A stretch of DNA of 15,140 nucleotides, from the NCBI GenBank assembly GCA_038227875.1, contig JBBRPR010000110.1, positions 1-15,140 of the forward strand. The letters run 5' to 3'. Below are positions 6,716 through 15,140 of this stretch, in pieces; the stretch's first letter is position 1, and each line of letters begins with the position of its first letter. Under the pieces are notes generated by a model. The model was not told where the DNA came from and searched no databases. It saw nothing but the letters and a program-made list of their open reading frames with translations. Origin of the DNA: Planctomycetota bacterium (lineage in GTDB: Bacteria > Planctomycetota > SZUA-567 > H5-PLA8). Position numbers and translations under genes: made by a program.

Positions 6716-9700
6716 CCGCCGCCGTCACCGGCTCATGCCTTGCCAGCACCTGCTTCAAATACGCGCCTGTGAAACTCTCCGGCACCGTGACAATATGCTC
6801 CGGCGAACCCATCGCCACAATTCGGCCACCAGCCTCGCCGCCTTCGGGCCCCAGGTCGATGATCCAATCCGCCTGCTTGATCACATCCAGATTGTGCTCG
6901 ATCACGATCACCGAGTTGCCCATGTCGACGAGCCGCTGCAATACGTCGAGCAGCTTCGCGATGTCGTGAAAGTGCAACCCGGTCGTCGGTTCGTCCAGCA
7001 CGTACAGAGTCCGTCCGGTCGCCTTCTTCGCGAGCTCAAACGCGAGCTTGATGCGCTGCGCTTCGCCGCCGGAGAGCGTCGTGCTGCTCTGGCCCAGGCG
7101 CACGTAGCCGAGGCCCACGTCCACGAGCGTCTGCAGACCGTCGCGGATCTTCGGATGGTTCTTGAACATCGCCAGCGCGGAGGTGATCGACATCGCCAGC
7201 ACATCGGCGATCGACATGTCCTTGTACTTCACCTCCAGCGTCTCGCGATTGAAGCGGCGGCCTTTGCATTGCTCGCATTGAACGTAAACGTCAGCGAGGA
7301 AATGCATCTCGATCAGCTTCTGCCCCTGCCCCTGGCATTCCTCGCAGCGCCCGCCTTTGACATTGAACGAGAAGCGCCCCAGCGTGTAGCCGCGGATTTT
7401 CGCCTCGGGAATCGACGCGTACAGTTTCCGGATCTCGTCGAAGACGCCCGTGTACGTCGCCGGATTGCTGCGCGGCGTGCGGCCGATGGGGCCCTGGTCG
7501 ATATCGATGATCTTGTCCACTTCGCCCGACGTGATCCAGACGCGGTCGCACGCGCCGCCCTTGATCCGCTGCGCGTTCAGCAGACGCGCCAGGTTCTTGT
7601 AGAGAACTTCGTTGACCAGCGAGGACTTGCCGCTGCCCGAGACCCCTGTCACGCAGACGAAGCGCCCGAGCGGAAAATCGACGTCAACGGATTTCAGATT
7701 GTTCTCGCGCGCGCCCTTGATCCGGATGAAGCGCTTGCTCTCCTGCGGCCGCCGCGTCTTCGGCAGCGGAATTTCCAGCTGCCCGGTCAGGTATTTTCCC
7801 GTCAGCGAGCGTTCGAAGCGCCCCAGGTCCTCGGCCAGGCCTTCGCCCACGATTTCACCGCCGTGTTCGCCGGCGCCGGGGCCAATGTCGATCAGGTAAT
7901 CGGCTCGACGAATCACGTCCTCATCGTGTTCGACCACGACGACCGAGTTCCCCAGATCGCGCAGCTTGATCAGCGTGCCCAGCAGCCGGTCGTTGTCGCG
8001 CTGATGCAACCCGATGGTCGGCTCGTCCAGCACGTACGTAACGCCGACCAGTTTCGAACCGACCTGGCTGGCGAGTCGGATGCGCTGCGCTTCACCGCCG
8101 CTCAACGTTCCGCTGGTGCGGTCAAGCGTGATGTAGCCGAGCCCCACGTCCGCGAGAAATCCGAGCCGCTCGCGCACTTCCTTCAAGACCGGCTCGGCGA
8201 TCTTCGCCTTCTCTCCTTTGACGGGAAGTTTCGTGGCGTACTCCAGCGCCGCGTCGATGGTCATCGACGTGATTTCCTGGATATTCTTCCCGCCCACGCG
8301 GACGGCCAGCACTTCCGGCCGCAAACGCGCGCCATGGCATTCCGGGCAGCTCAGGTTGGACATCAGTTCGTGGATGCGCGCCTTGATGTTCTCGTTTTCC
8401 GTCGCGCTGAAGCGTTCGGTCAGCGAGACCGCCAGCCCTTTCCACGTCACGTTCCATTCCTTTTCCTGCTTCGGCGTGACGCCATCGAGCAGTGCCTTGA
8501 ACACGTCCTTTGGCAATTTCTCGATCGCCGTGTCGGTCGAAATTCCGACCGCTTTGCAGAAGCGCCGAATCGCCCGGCCATACCAAATTGCGTACGCATG
8601 CCCCAGCCGCCAGAGCGAACCTATCACGCCTTCTTCGATGCTCAGCTTGCGGTCCGGGACGAGCAGGTCGATGTCGACTTCCATCTTCGTGCCCAACCCC
8701 GCGCACGCCGGACACGCGCCGTAAGGACTGTTGAACGAAAACGCGCGCGGCGTGAGCTCCTCCAGGCCGGAGCCGTGCACCGGACACGCATATTTTTCGC
8801 TGAACAGGTGATCGACGCCGGAAACCTTCTGCGACTCGTCGCCGACGACACCCGCCGCGCCTTCGCTCACTTTGGCGTTCTTTCCGCTCTTGCTCTTCTC
8901 CTTTTTCTCAAGCTTCTCGACTTTCTCGTCGAGCTTCTTGGCCGATCCGTTCGTCGGCGCGTCGTCGGTGACGACGTTGGCGATGACCAGCCCCTCGCCG
9001 ATCTTCAATGCCAGTTCCACCGAATCGGTCAGCCGCGAACGGACCGCATCCTTCACCGCGATGCGGTCGATCACCGCTTCGATGTTGTGCTTGAACGTCT
9101 TCGGCAACGCGTCGATCTCGCGCGCGTCGACGACTTTGCCGTTCACGCGGACGCGAGCGAAACCTTCGCGGCGCGCGGAGGCGAAAACATCGCGGTGCTC
9201 GCCCTTCTGCCCGCGCACCAGCGGCGCGAGGATATTCAAGCGCGTGCCTTCCGGCATTTTCAGAATCTGATCGACGATCTTCTCCGCCGACTGGCTTTCA
9301 ATTTCGCGCCCGCAGATATGGCAATGCGGCGTCCCGATGCGCGCAAAGAGGACGCGGAGGTAATCATAAATCTCCGTCGTCGTGGCGACCGTCGAGCGCG
9401 GGTTGCTCGACCCCGAGCGCTGTTCGATCGCGATGGTCGGCGTCAGCCCGTCGATGCTCTCGACGTCCGGCTTCTCCATCATCTCCAGGAACTGCCGCGC
9501 GTACGCCGAGAGCGATTCCACGTAGCGGCGCTGACCTTCCGCGTAGATCGTGTCGAACGCGAGGCTCGACTTGCCCGACCCGGACAGCCCCGTGATGACG
9601 ACAAGCTTGTCGCGCGGAATGTCGACATCGATGTTTTTCAAATTGTGTTCACGCGCCCCGCGAATGCGGATGGCGTGAATGGGAGCACTACTTTTCGGCG

Positions 9701-9734
9701 GCACGGAAAACCTCGGCAACTCAAATGGGTTCAT
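6705..9734 (-). CDS. uvrA: Excinuclease ABC subunit UvrA (1009 aa)
   Basis: GAREHNLKN, Walker [10 protein letters not shown] and [28 protein letters not shown], two [13 protein letters not shown] signatures, zinc sites, [13 protein letters not shown]. Confidence 0.99.
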   Translation of the reverse strand: MNPFELPRFSVPPKSSAPIHAIRIRGAREHNLKNIDVDIPRDKLVVITGLSGSGKSSLAFDTIYAEGQRRYVESLSAYARQFLEMMEKPDVESIDGLTPTIAIEQRSGSSNPRSTVATTTEIYDYLRVLFARIGTPHCHICGREIESQSAEKIVDQILKMPEGTRLNILAPLVRGQKGEHRDVFASARREGFARVRVNGKVVDAREIDALPKTFKHNIEAVIDRIAVKDAVRSRLTDSVELALKIGEGLVIANVVTDDAPTNGSAKKLDEKVEKLEKKEKSKSGKNAKVSEGAAGVVGDESQKVSGVDHLFSEKYACPVHGSGLEELTPRAFSFNSPYGACPACAGLGTKMEVDIDLLVPDRKLSIEEGVIGSLWRLGHAYAIWYGRAIRRFCKAVGISTDTAIEKLPKDVFKALLDGVTPKQEKEWNVTWKGLAVSLTERFSATENENIKARIHELMSNLSCPECHGARLRPEVLAVRVGGKNIQEITSMTIDAALEYATKLPVKGEKAKIAEPVLKEVRERLGFLADVGLGYITLDRTSGTLSGGEAQRIRLASQVGSKLVGVTYVLDEPTIGLHQRDNDRLLGTLIKLRDLGNSVVVVEHDEDVIRRADYLIDIGPGAGEHGGEIVGEGLAEDLGRFERSLTGKYLTGQLEIPLPKTRRPQESKRFIRIKGARENNLKSVDVDFPLGRFVCVTGVSGSGKSSLVNEVLYKNLARLLNAQRIKGGACDRVWITSGEVDKIIDIDQGPIGRTPRSNPATYTGVFDEIRKLYASIPEAKIRGYTLGRFSFNVKGGRCEECQGQGQKLIEMHFLADVYVQCEQCKGRRFNRETLEVKYKDMSIADVLAMSITSALAMFKNHPKIRDGLQTLVDVGLGYVRLGQSSTTLSGGEAQRIKLAFELAKKATGRTLYVLDEPTTGLHFHDIAKLLDVLQRLVDMGNSVIVIEHNLDVIKQADWIIDLGPEGGEAGGRIVAMGSPEHIVTVPESFTGAYLKQVLARHEPVTAAVER

Positions 9735-9788
9735 GGTTTGGCAGACTACGTCCAGGGATGTACGGCGAGCGTCGGCTCGACACTCACA

Positions 9789-9794
9789 ACTATA
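9789..9794 (-). promoter_or_regulatory. Candidate -10 element (TATAGT) upstream of uvrA
   Basis: Near-consensus -10 about 55 nt upstream of the ATG; no convincing -35 at normal spacing. Confidence 0.35.
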
Positions 9795-9832
9795 GGTTCC
9801 CGCTCCTCAAGAGAAATGCAAGCGCGCGTTAT

Positions 9833-9858
9833 GGAGCGCGGGCGTCCCGCGCCCGCGC
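9833..9858 (+). repeat. REP-like hairpin GGAG-CGCGGGCG-TCCCG-CGCCCGCGC
   Basis: 9-bp perfect stem 9836-9844/9850-9858 beginning at a GGAG tetranucleotide. Confidence 0.7.
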
Positions 9859-9918
9859 CGTCACACGCGGACCACCCGTGCGAGTACAAAGCCGCGTCGC
9901 GTTTGCAATATATGCTCG

Positions 9919-9970
9919 CCGTTGTGTGCCACTAGTGTCTGGTCGTTGAGCCACCAGTGGCACACAACGG
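9919..9970. repeat. 19-bp inverted repeat (1 mismatch) hairpin, GTGCCAC family
   Basis: CCGTTGTGTGCCACTAGTG (9919-9937) versus CACCAGTGGCACACAACGG (9952-9970); lies 43 nt downstream of the GT-C gene stop. Confidence 0.85.
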
Positions 9971-10012
9971 AAGTCCAAATTGCAAACGCAGAGTCCACCG
10001 ATAATCCAAATC

Positions 10013-12016
10013 CTACGGCCGCGGAATCTTCTCCACCATCAGTGCCGCGGTCGCCGCTTCGTTCGTGCCGGTGGGAATCGACTTCAACACTGCGGCCGCC
10101 TCGTCGTAATGCGCTCGCGCAGTCTCCAGTTGCTGCTGCTTGAGCTCCACATTGGAAAGCTGCAACAGCAACTTCGCGTGCAGCATCTGCGTCGGCGGAT
10201 CGGCTTTCATCGCGAGGCCTTTGGCGATCGCGTCGAGTCCCTCCCGGCATTTCGCGGCGCGCTGCTCGAGCGACAGATTGGGCCCGGCCGATTCGCGCAG
10301 CGCAAGCTCAGCGAGAATCGTCCACGCCATCCGCAGCGTGTCCCAGCGGTAAAATGGGGTCGATGCCGTGCGCCGGTAATTGACCTTCTTCGCCTCCTTC
10401 GGATTTTCCGGTAGCTGGATCATGTTGGGCGGCGGCACCCAACCGGCCAGCGTCTCCCGGGCGCCCGCGTACTGCCCCAGCATCACCTGCACCTGGCTTT
10501 TGGTCAGCCGCAGCTCAAAAGCGTTCGCGTAAAAACCGATGTCCGGGCACAGCGCCGCCGCGTCGAAATGCTGCTCGGCCAGCGTGCCAAAAAATTCGAC
10601 GCTCTGCGGATCGGGCGTCGGCGCGCGCAGGCTTTCGATCGTCATGTTCATGTACGCGCGGCCCGTCAGCCATTGCGCGTAGCCCGAAGTCGGATTGCGC
10701 TGCGCCGCGTCCATCACCAAAAGCCGGTCGCTGACGTAAAATCCCGATCGCATCACCGCCAGCACGCTTAAGAAAAGGACGAACGCCGCACCCGGCACAA
10801 TCCGTGACTGCGCCGCGATCTTCCAGCGTTCAAAAGCTCCTTCCGCCGCCAGCGCAACAGTCAGCAGCAGGCCGGGAATCGAGAGATAAATGAAGCGATC
10901 CTGAATCGGAAACGCCTGTGCGATGAGATTGCAATTGGGCGACGCCGCGCCGGCAAACCAGAGCAGCCCGAAGAGGCTCAGGCTCCGTCGGCCCGCCGGC
11001 GCAAGCCAGATCAGCGCGCCGCATCCGGCGCCGATCGCCAGCAGACAGCCCCACAATCGCGGATCACCCAGCGAGATCACCGGCTCGAACGCGTAGAGGA
11101 AACTGATCTTCACCGGCAGCAGCGTATTGAAGAGGTACTGCGCGCCGATCACGACATCCGAAAGCAGCGCCGTCCAAATCGTGCCGCCCGGCGGGTCGAC
11201 GACCATGTCCCACGGATAAACGCGCCGCGCGAAGATCATTCCGAAAGCGAAAATTAGCGATGGCAACGCCAAATGCGCCGCACGCGTCAGCCAGAAGCGT
11301 GCTTCTTTCCAGCGGCCAACTGAATCGGAGAGGGAGAGCGTGAACTCAAGGCAGAAAAAAACCGGCAGCAGTCCCAGCGCCGAACCTTTACAGAGTACCG
11401 CCAGCGAAAAGAGCACCGCGATCAGCGGCCAGCGCCAGATTTTCTCGTACGTCCACGCCACCAGCGCCGCAAAGCCGAACATCGCGACGAGAATAGTTTT
11501 TCGTTCGGCCACCCAACAGACCGATTCGCAGGCCATCGGATGCACCGCCCACGCCAGCGCCGCAAACGCGGGAATGTACGGGCCGCACTTCAGGCGCGAC
11601 AAGAACCAGTAGAGCAGCAGCGCCGCCAGGAAATGGTAAAAGGCGTTGAGGACCCGCGAGCCGGCTGCCCAGGCCGCGGAATCCTGAAGATCGAGCGCCT
11701 TGCGCGGCGGCAGCGCTTTGGATGTGCCGAAGAGCAGGTAATCGATCCGGAACGAAACCGCGGTAATCGGAAAACTTCCCGGCCGCGGCGCGCTCAGCAG
11801 TTCGGCGAAACTCTGCTCCAGCCCCGGCAACGCCTGATCGCGATCATCGAGCACGTAAAACGGCGCGTCCCAGCAGCGTGAAATCAACAGGCAGGACGCC
11901 AGCGCCAGCAGCGCCGCCACAATGACCGGCCGCGCCAGCGGATGACTCGGTCGAGGCGCTTCAAACTGCGCGGAACCCGCCGGAATATCCGTAGCACCAC
12001 CTCCCTGCCGCCGCAC
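10013..12016 (-). CDS. TMTC-like GT-C membrane glycosyltransferase with a C-terminal TPR-like region (667 aa; GTG start approximate)
   Basis: First-loop DD (FYVLDD), N..YH, WAVHP-x3-ESVCWVAERK, conserved K (LAVLCK) and QDRFIYL motifs of TMTC/O-mannosyltransferase-like proteins; many TM helices followed by Ala-rich helical repeats. Confidence 0.85.
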   Translation of the reverse strand: MRRQGGGATDIPAGSAQFEAPRPSHPLARPVIVAALLALASCLLISRCWDAPFYVLDDRDQALPGLEQSFAELLSAPRPGSFPITAVSFRIDYLLFGTSKALPPRKALDLQDSAAWAAGSRVLNAFYHFLAALLLYWFLSRLKCGPYIPAFAALAWAVHPMACESVCWVAERKTILVAMFGFAALVAWTYEKIWRWPLIAVLFSLAVLCKGSALGLLPVFFCLEFTLSLSDSVGRWKEARFWLTRAAHLALPSLIFAFGMIFARRVYPWDMVVDPPGGTIWTALLSDVVIGAQYLFNTLLPVKISFLYAFEPVISLGDPRLWGCLLAIGAGCGALIWLAPAGRRSLSLFGLLWFAGAASPNCNLIAQAFPIQDRFIYLSIPGLLLTVALAAEGAFERWKIAAQSRIVPGAAFVLFLSVLAVMRSGFYVSDRLLVMDAAQRNPTSGYAQWLTGRAYMNMTIESLRAPTPDPQSVEFFGTLAEQHFDAAALCPDIGFYANAFELRLTKSQVQVMLGQYAGARETLAGWVPPPNMIQLPENPKEAKKVNYRRTASTPFYRWDTLRMAWTILAELALRESAGPNLSLEQRAAKCREGLDAIAKGLAMKADPPTQMLHAKLLLQLSNVELKQQQLETARAHYDEAAAVLKSIPTGTNEAATAALMVEKIPRP

Positions 12017-12086
12017 GGCGCAATCGCCGCGGGGCCGTCAGGAATGTATAGCGCGCCGGATTGAAAACCAAATGAGGAACGATTGC

Positions 12087-12258
12087 TGGTGCCACGAATG
12101 CGCGAACGTTAATTGGTGCCACGGATGCACGAAAGTCAGAGCGCAGCGAAGACTTTCGTTCATCCGTGCGTTACGCGACTCCATTTCAAAACCACATTCC
12201 CGGCGCGGATGATCGGACACTTTCGCTACACTCAAGTCTCCGCGCATCCGTGGCACCA
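12087..12258. repeat. REPIN/BIME-like cluster: two inverted 56-bp hairpin units (12114-12169 +, 12203-12258 -) plus a truncated 23-bp copy (12087-12109)
   Basis: The two full units share TGGTGCCACGGATGC...GAGYGYAGCGAA...TCATCCGYGC; ungapped alignment shows compensatory stem changes. Confidence 0.85.
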
Positions 12259-12262
12259 GACA

Positions 12263-13993
12263 TCAGCGCTTGAGATTTTTTCGCTCACTCTCAACCGCCG
12301 CATCATTGCATTTCTGCCAGAGCTCCCGGGCCTTCGCTGCCGATTTCGTTTTGGACAAAATCGCGTCGTCGAGAACTTCCAGCTTGAGCAGCGATTCGGC
12401 CACCCGGTAGGCCTTTTTATCGAACAAGTCCTGCGCGGTGGTGATCATCTTGTCGACCGAGACTTCGGCCTTCAACATCTGGTCGTCTTTCCTGGCTTGC
12501 GCCAATTCCTCGTCCGACGTGTTGATCACCGCATTTTTTGTTTCGAGTAGACTGTTCAGAAACCCGGCAATCGAGTCCTGCACAGCCGGCGACTGCATGA
12601 CCAATAGATAGCCCCCATTGATTTCAATATTGGTGGCCTTACCGGCACCCCAACTTTCAGCGTGAATCCCGTTGATAATGAGGTCCGCGATGGTTTTGCC
12701 AGCGGCATCGTTGTCCGCGATATCCCGTATGCTGAACATGCGAAATTCGTTGTGCGGATCTTCTTGCGGAATGTACACGGCGCCGTCCTTGACGATATAA
12801 TCGGTCGCGCTGCCCGCGAGTTTGGTGACCCAACTCAAGGCCAAAGCGGCCTTCATGGACGTGATCTTTAGACTCGCCGGCGCATCCAGTGCCAGTTTGG
12901 GGTCCGGAATAATTGTAACCTTCAATTCACTCGCGAGGGAACTCAGGGCATCGCGCAGCGTTTTGTCTTCCCAGGTAAACGACACCTTTCGGGCCAACTT
13001 TTCGTCGAGCGCTGTTTTCCACGTGGCATCCGCTGAGAAATCAAACGTGATCTGCCGCGCAGCCCATTGAGATCGGACGCGGTCCAGAATCTCTGAAATC
13101 CGGTGGTGAACTTCCGGCGACTGCATGATCACCAGTCGTCCCTTGGCTTCCTCAAGGGACGTGGCGGGGTCAGCGAATTCGGCGGCAAGCAGTCTTTCGC
13201 GCAAAATCTTCACGAGCAGCGTCGGCTTCAGATCACTGACGTCGTAGATTTGAAGCTGAACGTTCTGCTCCCGGGTGTTCGACGCGACATCGATGGTTGT
13301 ATTATTATGAGTGGAATAGCTGGCTCCGAATTGCGCACAGACCCACGCCAACGCGCAGCGCAGTTCCATGTCGCGAAGGTTCAAACTCGAGTACTTGACC
13401 GGCTGCGCGGGTTTAAATTGCGGATCAATGTTGAGCGTGACGTGACCAAGTTCCGCGCACTTCGCCATCGCCTCCTCGAAACTCATCTCCGTAAAATCGG
13501 CCGTAATGTGCTGGTGAAGCTTTTGTTTCATCGTCAGCTGCGGCGCTGGAGTGTCCTCCTTCGGTTTTGGAGCAGGCTCCGGATTGGCCTGGCCGTCGCT
13601 ACCACCGGCTACAGTATTGACCGCGCGCTGTTCACGGGCGTGCTGCTGCGACTTCCAGATTGAGAACGCCCCGAAGCTCAGCAAAACGATCGCCGCGATT
13701 GCGACGGCGTCCAGTACGCCAAAACGGCGCTCCACCACTGCGATTTTCGCGCGGCTGGCGGGGCGAGCGGCTCTGGCCAGAGCAGCGGTCACGGAAGGCT
13801 TCGCGGAAAGAATGGCGGCGCGGATTTGCTCCTCGGTGGCCGTGTCCGCGTGCGGGAACTTCTTTTCGAGCTTCGCCGCGAACGCAACCGTCTCCGCGTG
13901 CGGACCGGCAGCTTCGCCGTTCAGCGCCGCGTCCAGTTCGGCGAGGAAGGCCTCGCCGTCGCGATCGTTGAGTGTTTCGGAGTCGTGGTTCAT
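12263..13993 (-). CDS. Putative membrane anti-sigma factor with two tandem STN(N0)+NolW-like secretin N-domain modules (576 aa)
   Basis: About 95-aa cytoplasmic N-terminus, a single TM (AVAIAAIVLLSFGAFSIW), Pro-rich linker, then a duplicated module (ITADFTEMSFEEAM/VSFTWEDKTLRDAL; ALAWV/ALSWV; GRLVIMQSPEVH/GYLLVMQSPAVQ); ATGA overlap with the sigma gene. Confidence 0.75.
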   Translation of the reverse strand: MNHDSETLNDRDGEAFLAELDAALNGEAAGPHAETVAFAAKLEKKFPHADTATEEQIRAAILSAKPSVTAALARAARPASRAKIAVVERRFGVLDAVAIAAIVLLSFGAFSIWKSQQHAREQRAVNTVAGGSDGQANPEPAPKPKEDTPAPQLTMKQKLHQHITADFTEMSFEEAMAKCAELGHVTLNIDPQFKPAQPVKYSSLNLRDMELRCALAWVCAQFGASYSTHNNTTIDVASNTREQNVQLQIYDVSDLKPTLLVKILRERLLAAEFADPATSLEEAKGRLVIMQSPEVHHRISEILDRVRSQWAARQITFDFSADATWKTALDEKLARKVSFTWEDKTLRDALSSLASELKVTIIPDPKLALDAPASLKITSMKAALALSWVTKLAGSATDYIVKDGAVYIPQEDPHNEFRMFSIRDIADNDAAGKTIADLIINGIHAESWGAGKATNIEINGGYLLVMQSPAVQDSIAGFLNSLLETKNAVINTSDEELAQARKDDQMLKAEVSVDKMITTAQDLFDKKAYRVAESLLKLEVLDDAILSKTKSAAKARELWQKCNDAAVESERKNLKR

Positions 13994-14553
13994 GCGTCCC
14001 CTCCCCTGCGCGGCCTGGAGGCATCGGCCGCGACCGGGTTGAATTTGTGGCGGAGCTTGCGGAGCGCTCGAAAGAGCACCACGCCGAGATTGTTCGGCGT
14101 CATTCCCAGCAGTTCCGCGATTTTTTTGTTCGAGTACGATTTTGAAAACTTCAAGCGCAGCGCCTCGCGTTCGGTTTCATCGAGCGCGTCGATCGCCGCC
14201 TGGAGTTCCTCGCTGGCGATTTCCGCGGCGAAGTCCTCGCCCGGCGCGTACGCGCTCTCGATTCCATTCCCGCTCAACGGCTGTAGCGCGCGGCTTTCGA
14301 CCGACCTGCGCCGGAAGTACATCGCGATTTTACTGCGCGCGATCTGGTAGAGCCACGGCCCGACATCGTCGCCGGAAAACTGTGCCCGGTTGGCGCACGC
14401 CTGCGCGAAGACATCCTGGGTCAGATCATCCGCATCCCGCACCGGCACCGCAACCCGCGCATACCGCAAAATCGCCGGCAAATGCTCCAGCAACCCGCGC
14501 ACAAACGGATCCGTGGGGTCCGGAGGATTAGGAGTGGAAGGCATGGTCGTCAC
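13990..14553 (-). CDS. ECF-type RNA polymerase sigma-70 factor (187 aa from GTG 14553; alternative ATG 14544)
   Basis: Region 2 DADDLTQDVF and WLYQIARS; region 4 LDETEREALRLKF..YSNKKIAELLGMTPNNLGVVLFRALRKLR. Confidence 0.95.
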   Translation of the reverse strand: MTTMPSTPNPPDPTDPFVRGLLEHLPAILRYARVAVPVRDADDLTQDVFAQACANRAQFSGDDVGPWLYQIARSKIAMYFRRRSVESRALQPLSGNGIESAYAPGEDFAAEIASEELQAAIDALDETEREALRLKFSKSYSNKKIAELLGMTPNNLGVVLFRALRKLRHKFNPVAADASRPRRGGDA

Positions 14554-14559
14554 GCTCTG

Positions 14560-14588
14560 TAGAATGCGCGAGCGAAGGCTCCATTACA
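14560..14588 (-). promoter_or_regulatory. Candidate autoregulatory ECF promoter
   Basis: TGTAAT-16 nt-CATTCTA, resembling TGTAAC/CGTCTA-type ECF promoters; GTG 14553 follows 6 nt later (leaderless). Confidence 0.4.
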
Positions 14589-14665
14589 ATCTTTTTGAAT
14601 TGTTTGGGGGAGTCTGCAGCGCGGAAGTCCCGCGCGCGGTGTGGATATTGCCACTCCGCGGCTGT

Positions 14666-14689
14666 TGCAGGCGGGACGCCTGCACAGAC
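14666..14689 (-). repeat. REP-like hairpin TGCAGGCG-TCC-CGCCTGCA
   Basis: 8-bp perfect stem with the same GCRGGCGTCYC..GCCYGC core as 6652 and 9833 and a compensatory G-C to A-T change. Confidence 0.7.
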
Positions 14690-14731
14690 CAACCATGACG
14701 CCGCGGCTCCGTCCGCGGCACACTGCAGTAA

Positions 14732-15140
14732 CGGGGCGCCCGCCGAATCAGCCCCGCACTCACAAGCCAGACTCAGCCGGATTCGTCCGCGAGTCTGGAA
14801 ATTCATCCTGCGGCGGACATCTTTCCGCCGATGCGGGAGTCGCAGTTCGAGGCGCTCGTCGCCGACATCCGCGAAAACGGGCAAGTCAAGCCGATCTGGA
14901 CGCTCCACGGCCAGGTCATCGACGGTCGCCACCGCCTCAAGGCGTGCTGGATTCTCGGCATCGTGCCGAGGACACGCGAGTGGGACGGAAACGGCTCGAT
15001 CCTCAACTTCGTAATCTCGCAGAACCTGCGTCGACGGCACCTCAAGGAAAATCAACGCGCGATGATCGCCGCGCGGTTGATGCCGCAGTTCGAGGAGGAA
15101 GCGAAAGCGCGATCTAGAACTGGCGGAGTGGTGGATTTTA
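14732..15140 (+). CDS. ParB N-terminal (ParBc/Spo0J-like) domain protein, 3'-truncated by the window; start unresolved
   Basis: Manual translation from 14795: LEIHPAADIFPPMRESQFEALVADIRENGQVKPIWTLHGQVIDGRHRLKAC...FVISQNLRRRHLKENQRAMIAARL. In-frame TAA at 14729-14731. Absent from the ORF track because no stop lies inside the window. Confidence 0.85.

Noticed and set aside
9786..9800. LexA/SOS box upstream of uvrA
   Set aside because: GAAC-CTATA-GTTG does not fit GAAC-N4-GTTC, CTGT-N8-ACAG or TGTTC-N4-GAACA.
6735..9935. 1066-aa + strand ORF
   Set aside because: Antisense shadow of uvrA caused by GC-rich codon bias; no recognisable protein features.
14640..14648. DnaA box-like TGTGGATAT near the ParB-like gene
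   Set aside because: Single mismatched copy with no cluster or unwinding element.
14528..15117. ORFs 14528..15055 (-), 14595..15014 (+), 14641..15117 (+)
   Set aside because: They overlap the ParB-N frame, which carries the conserved motifs; one may at most supply a frameshifted N-terminus.

Overview
GC-rich bacterial chromosomal window. The gene styles (Zn-ribbon membrane protein, TMTC-like GT-C protein, ECF sigma with a long modular anti-sigma, REP-type hairpins) suggest Planctomycetota/PVC; this is inference. In order: a perfect AGTCCTC heptamer array running off the left edge, then a Gfo/Idh/MocA oxidoreductase (-). Next is a 680-bp divergent intergenic region holding a candidate ~290-nt structured ncRNA (promoter, two long hairpins, terminator). 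It is followed by a Zn-ribbon multipass membrane protein (+) and two paralogous membrane-protein genes (-), one frameshifted. An AT-richer 3-gene cassette (hypothetical, nucleotidyltransferase, small partner) sits below uvrA. After uvrA come a TMTC-like glycosyltransferase/TPR gene, a covarying inverted pair of 56-bp hairpin repeats, and an ECF sigma factor coupled to a membrane anti-sigma carrying two tandem secretin N0(STN)+NolW-like modules. A ParB-N-domain ORF missed by the ORF track runs off the right edge. Best leads: the orphan structured RNA, the ECF/secretin-domain anti-sigma pair, the covarying hairpin doublet and the NTase/small-protein module.
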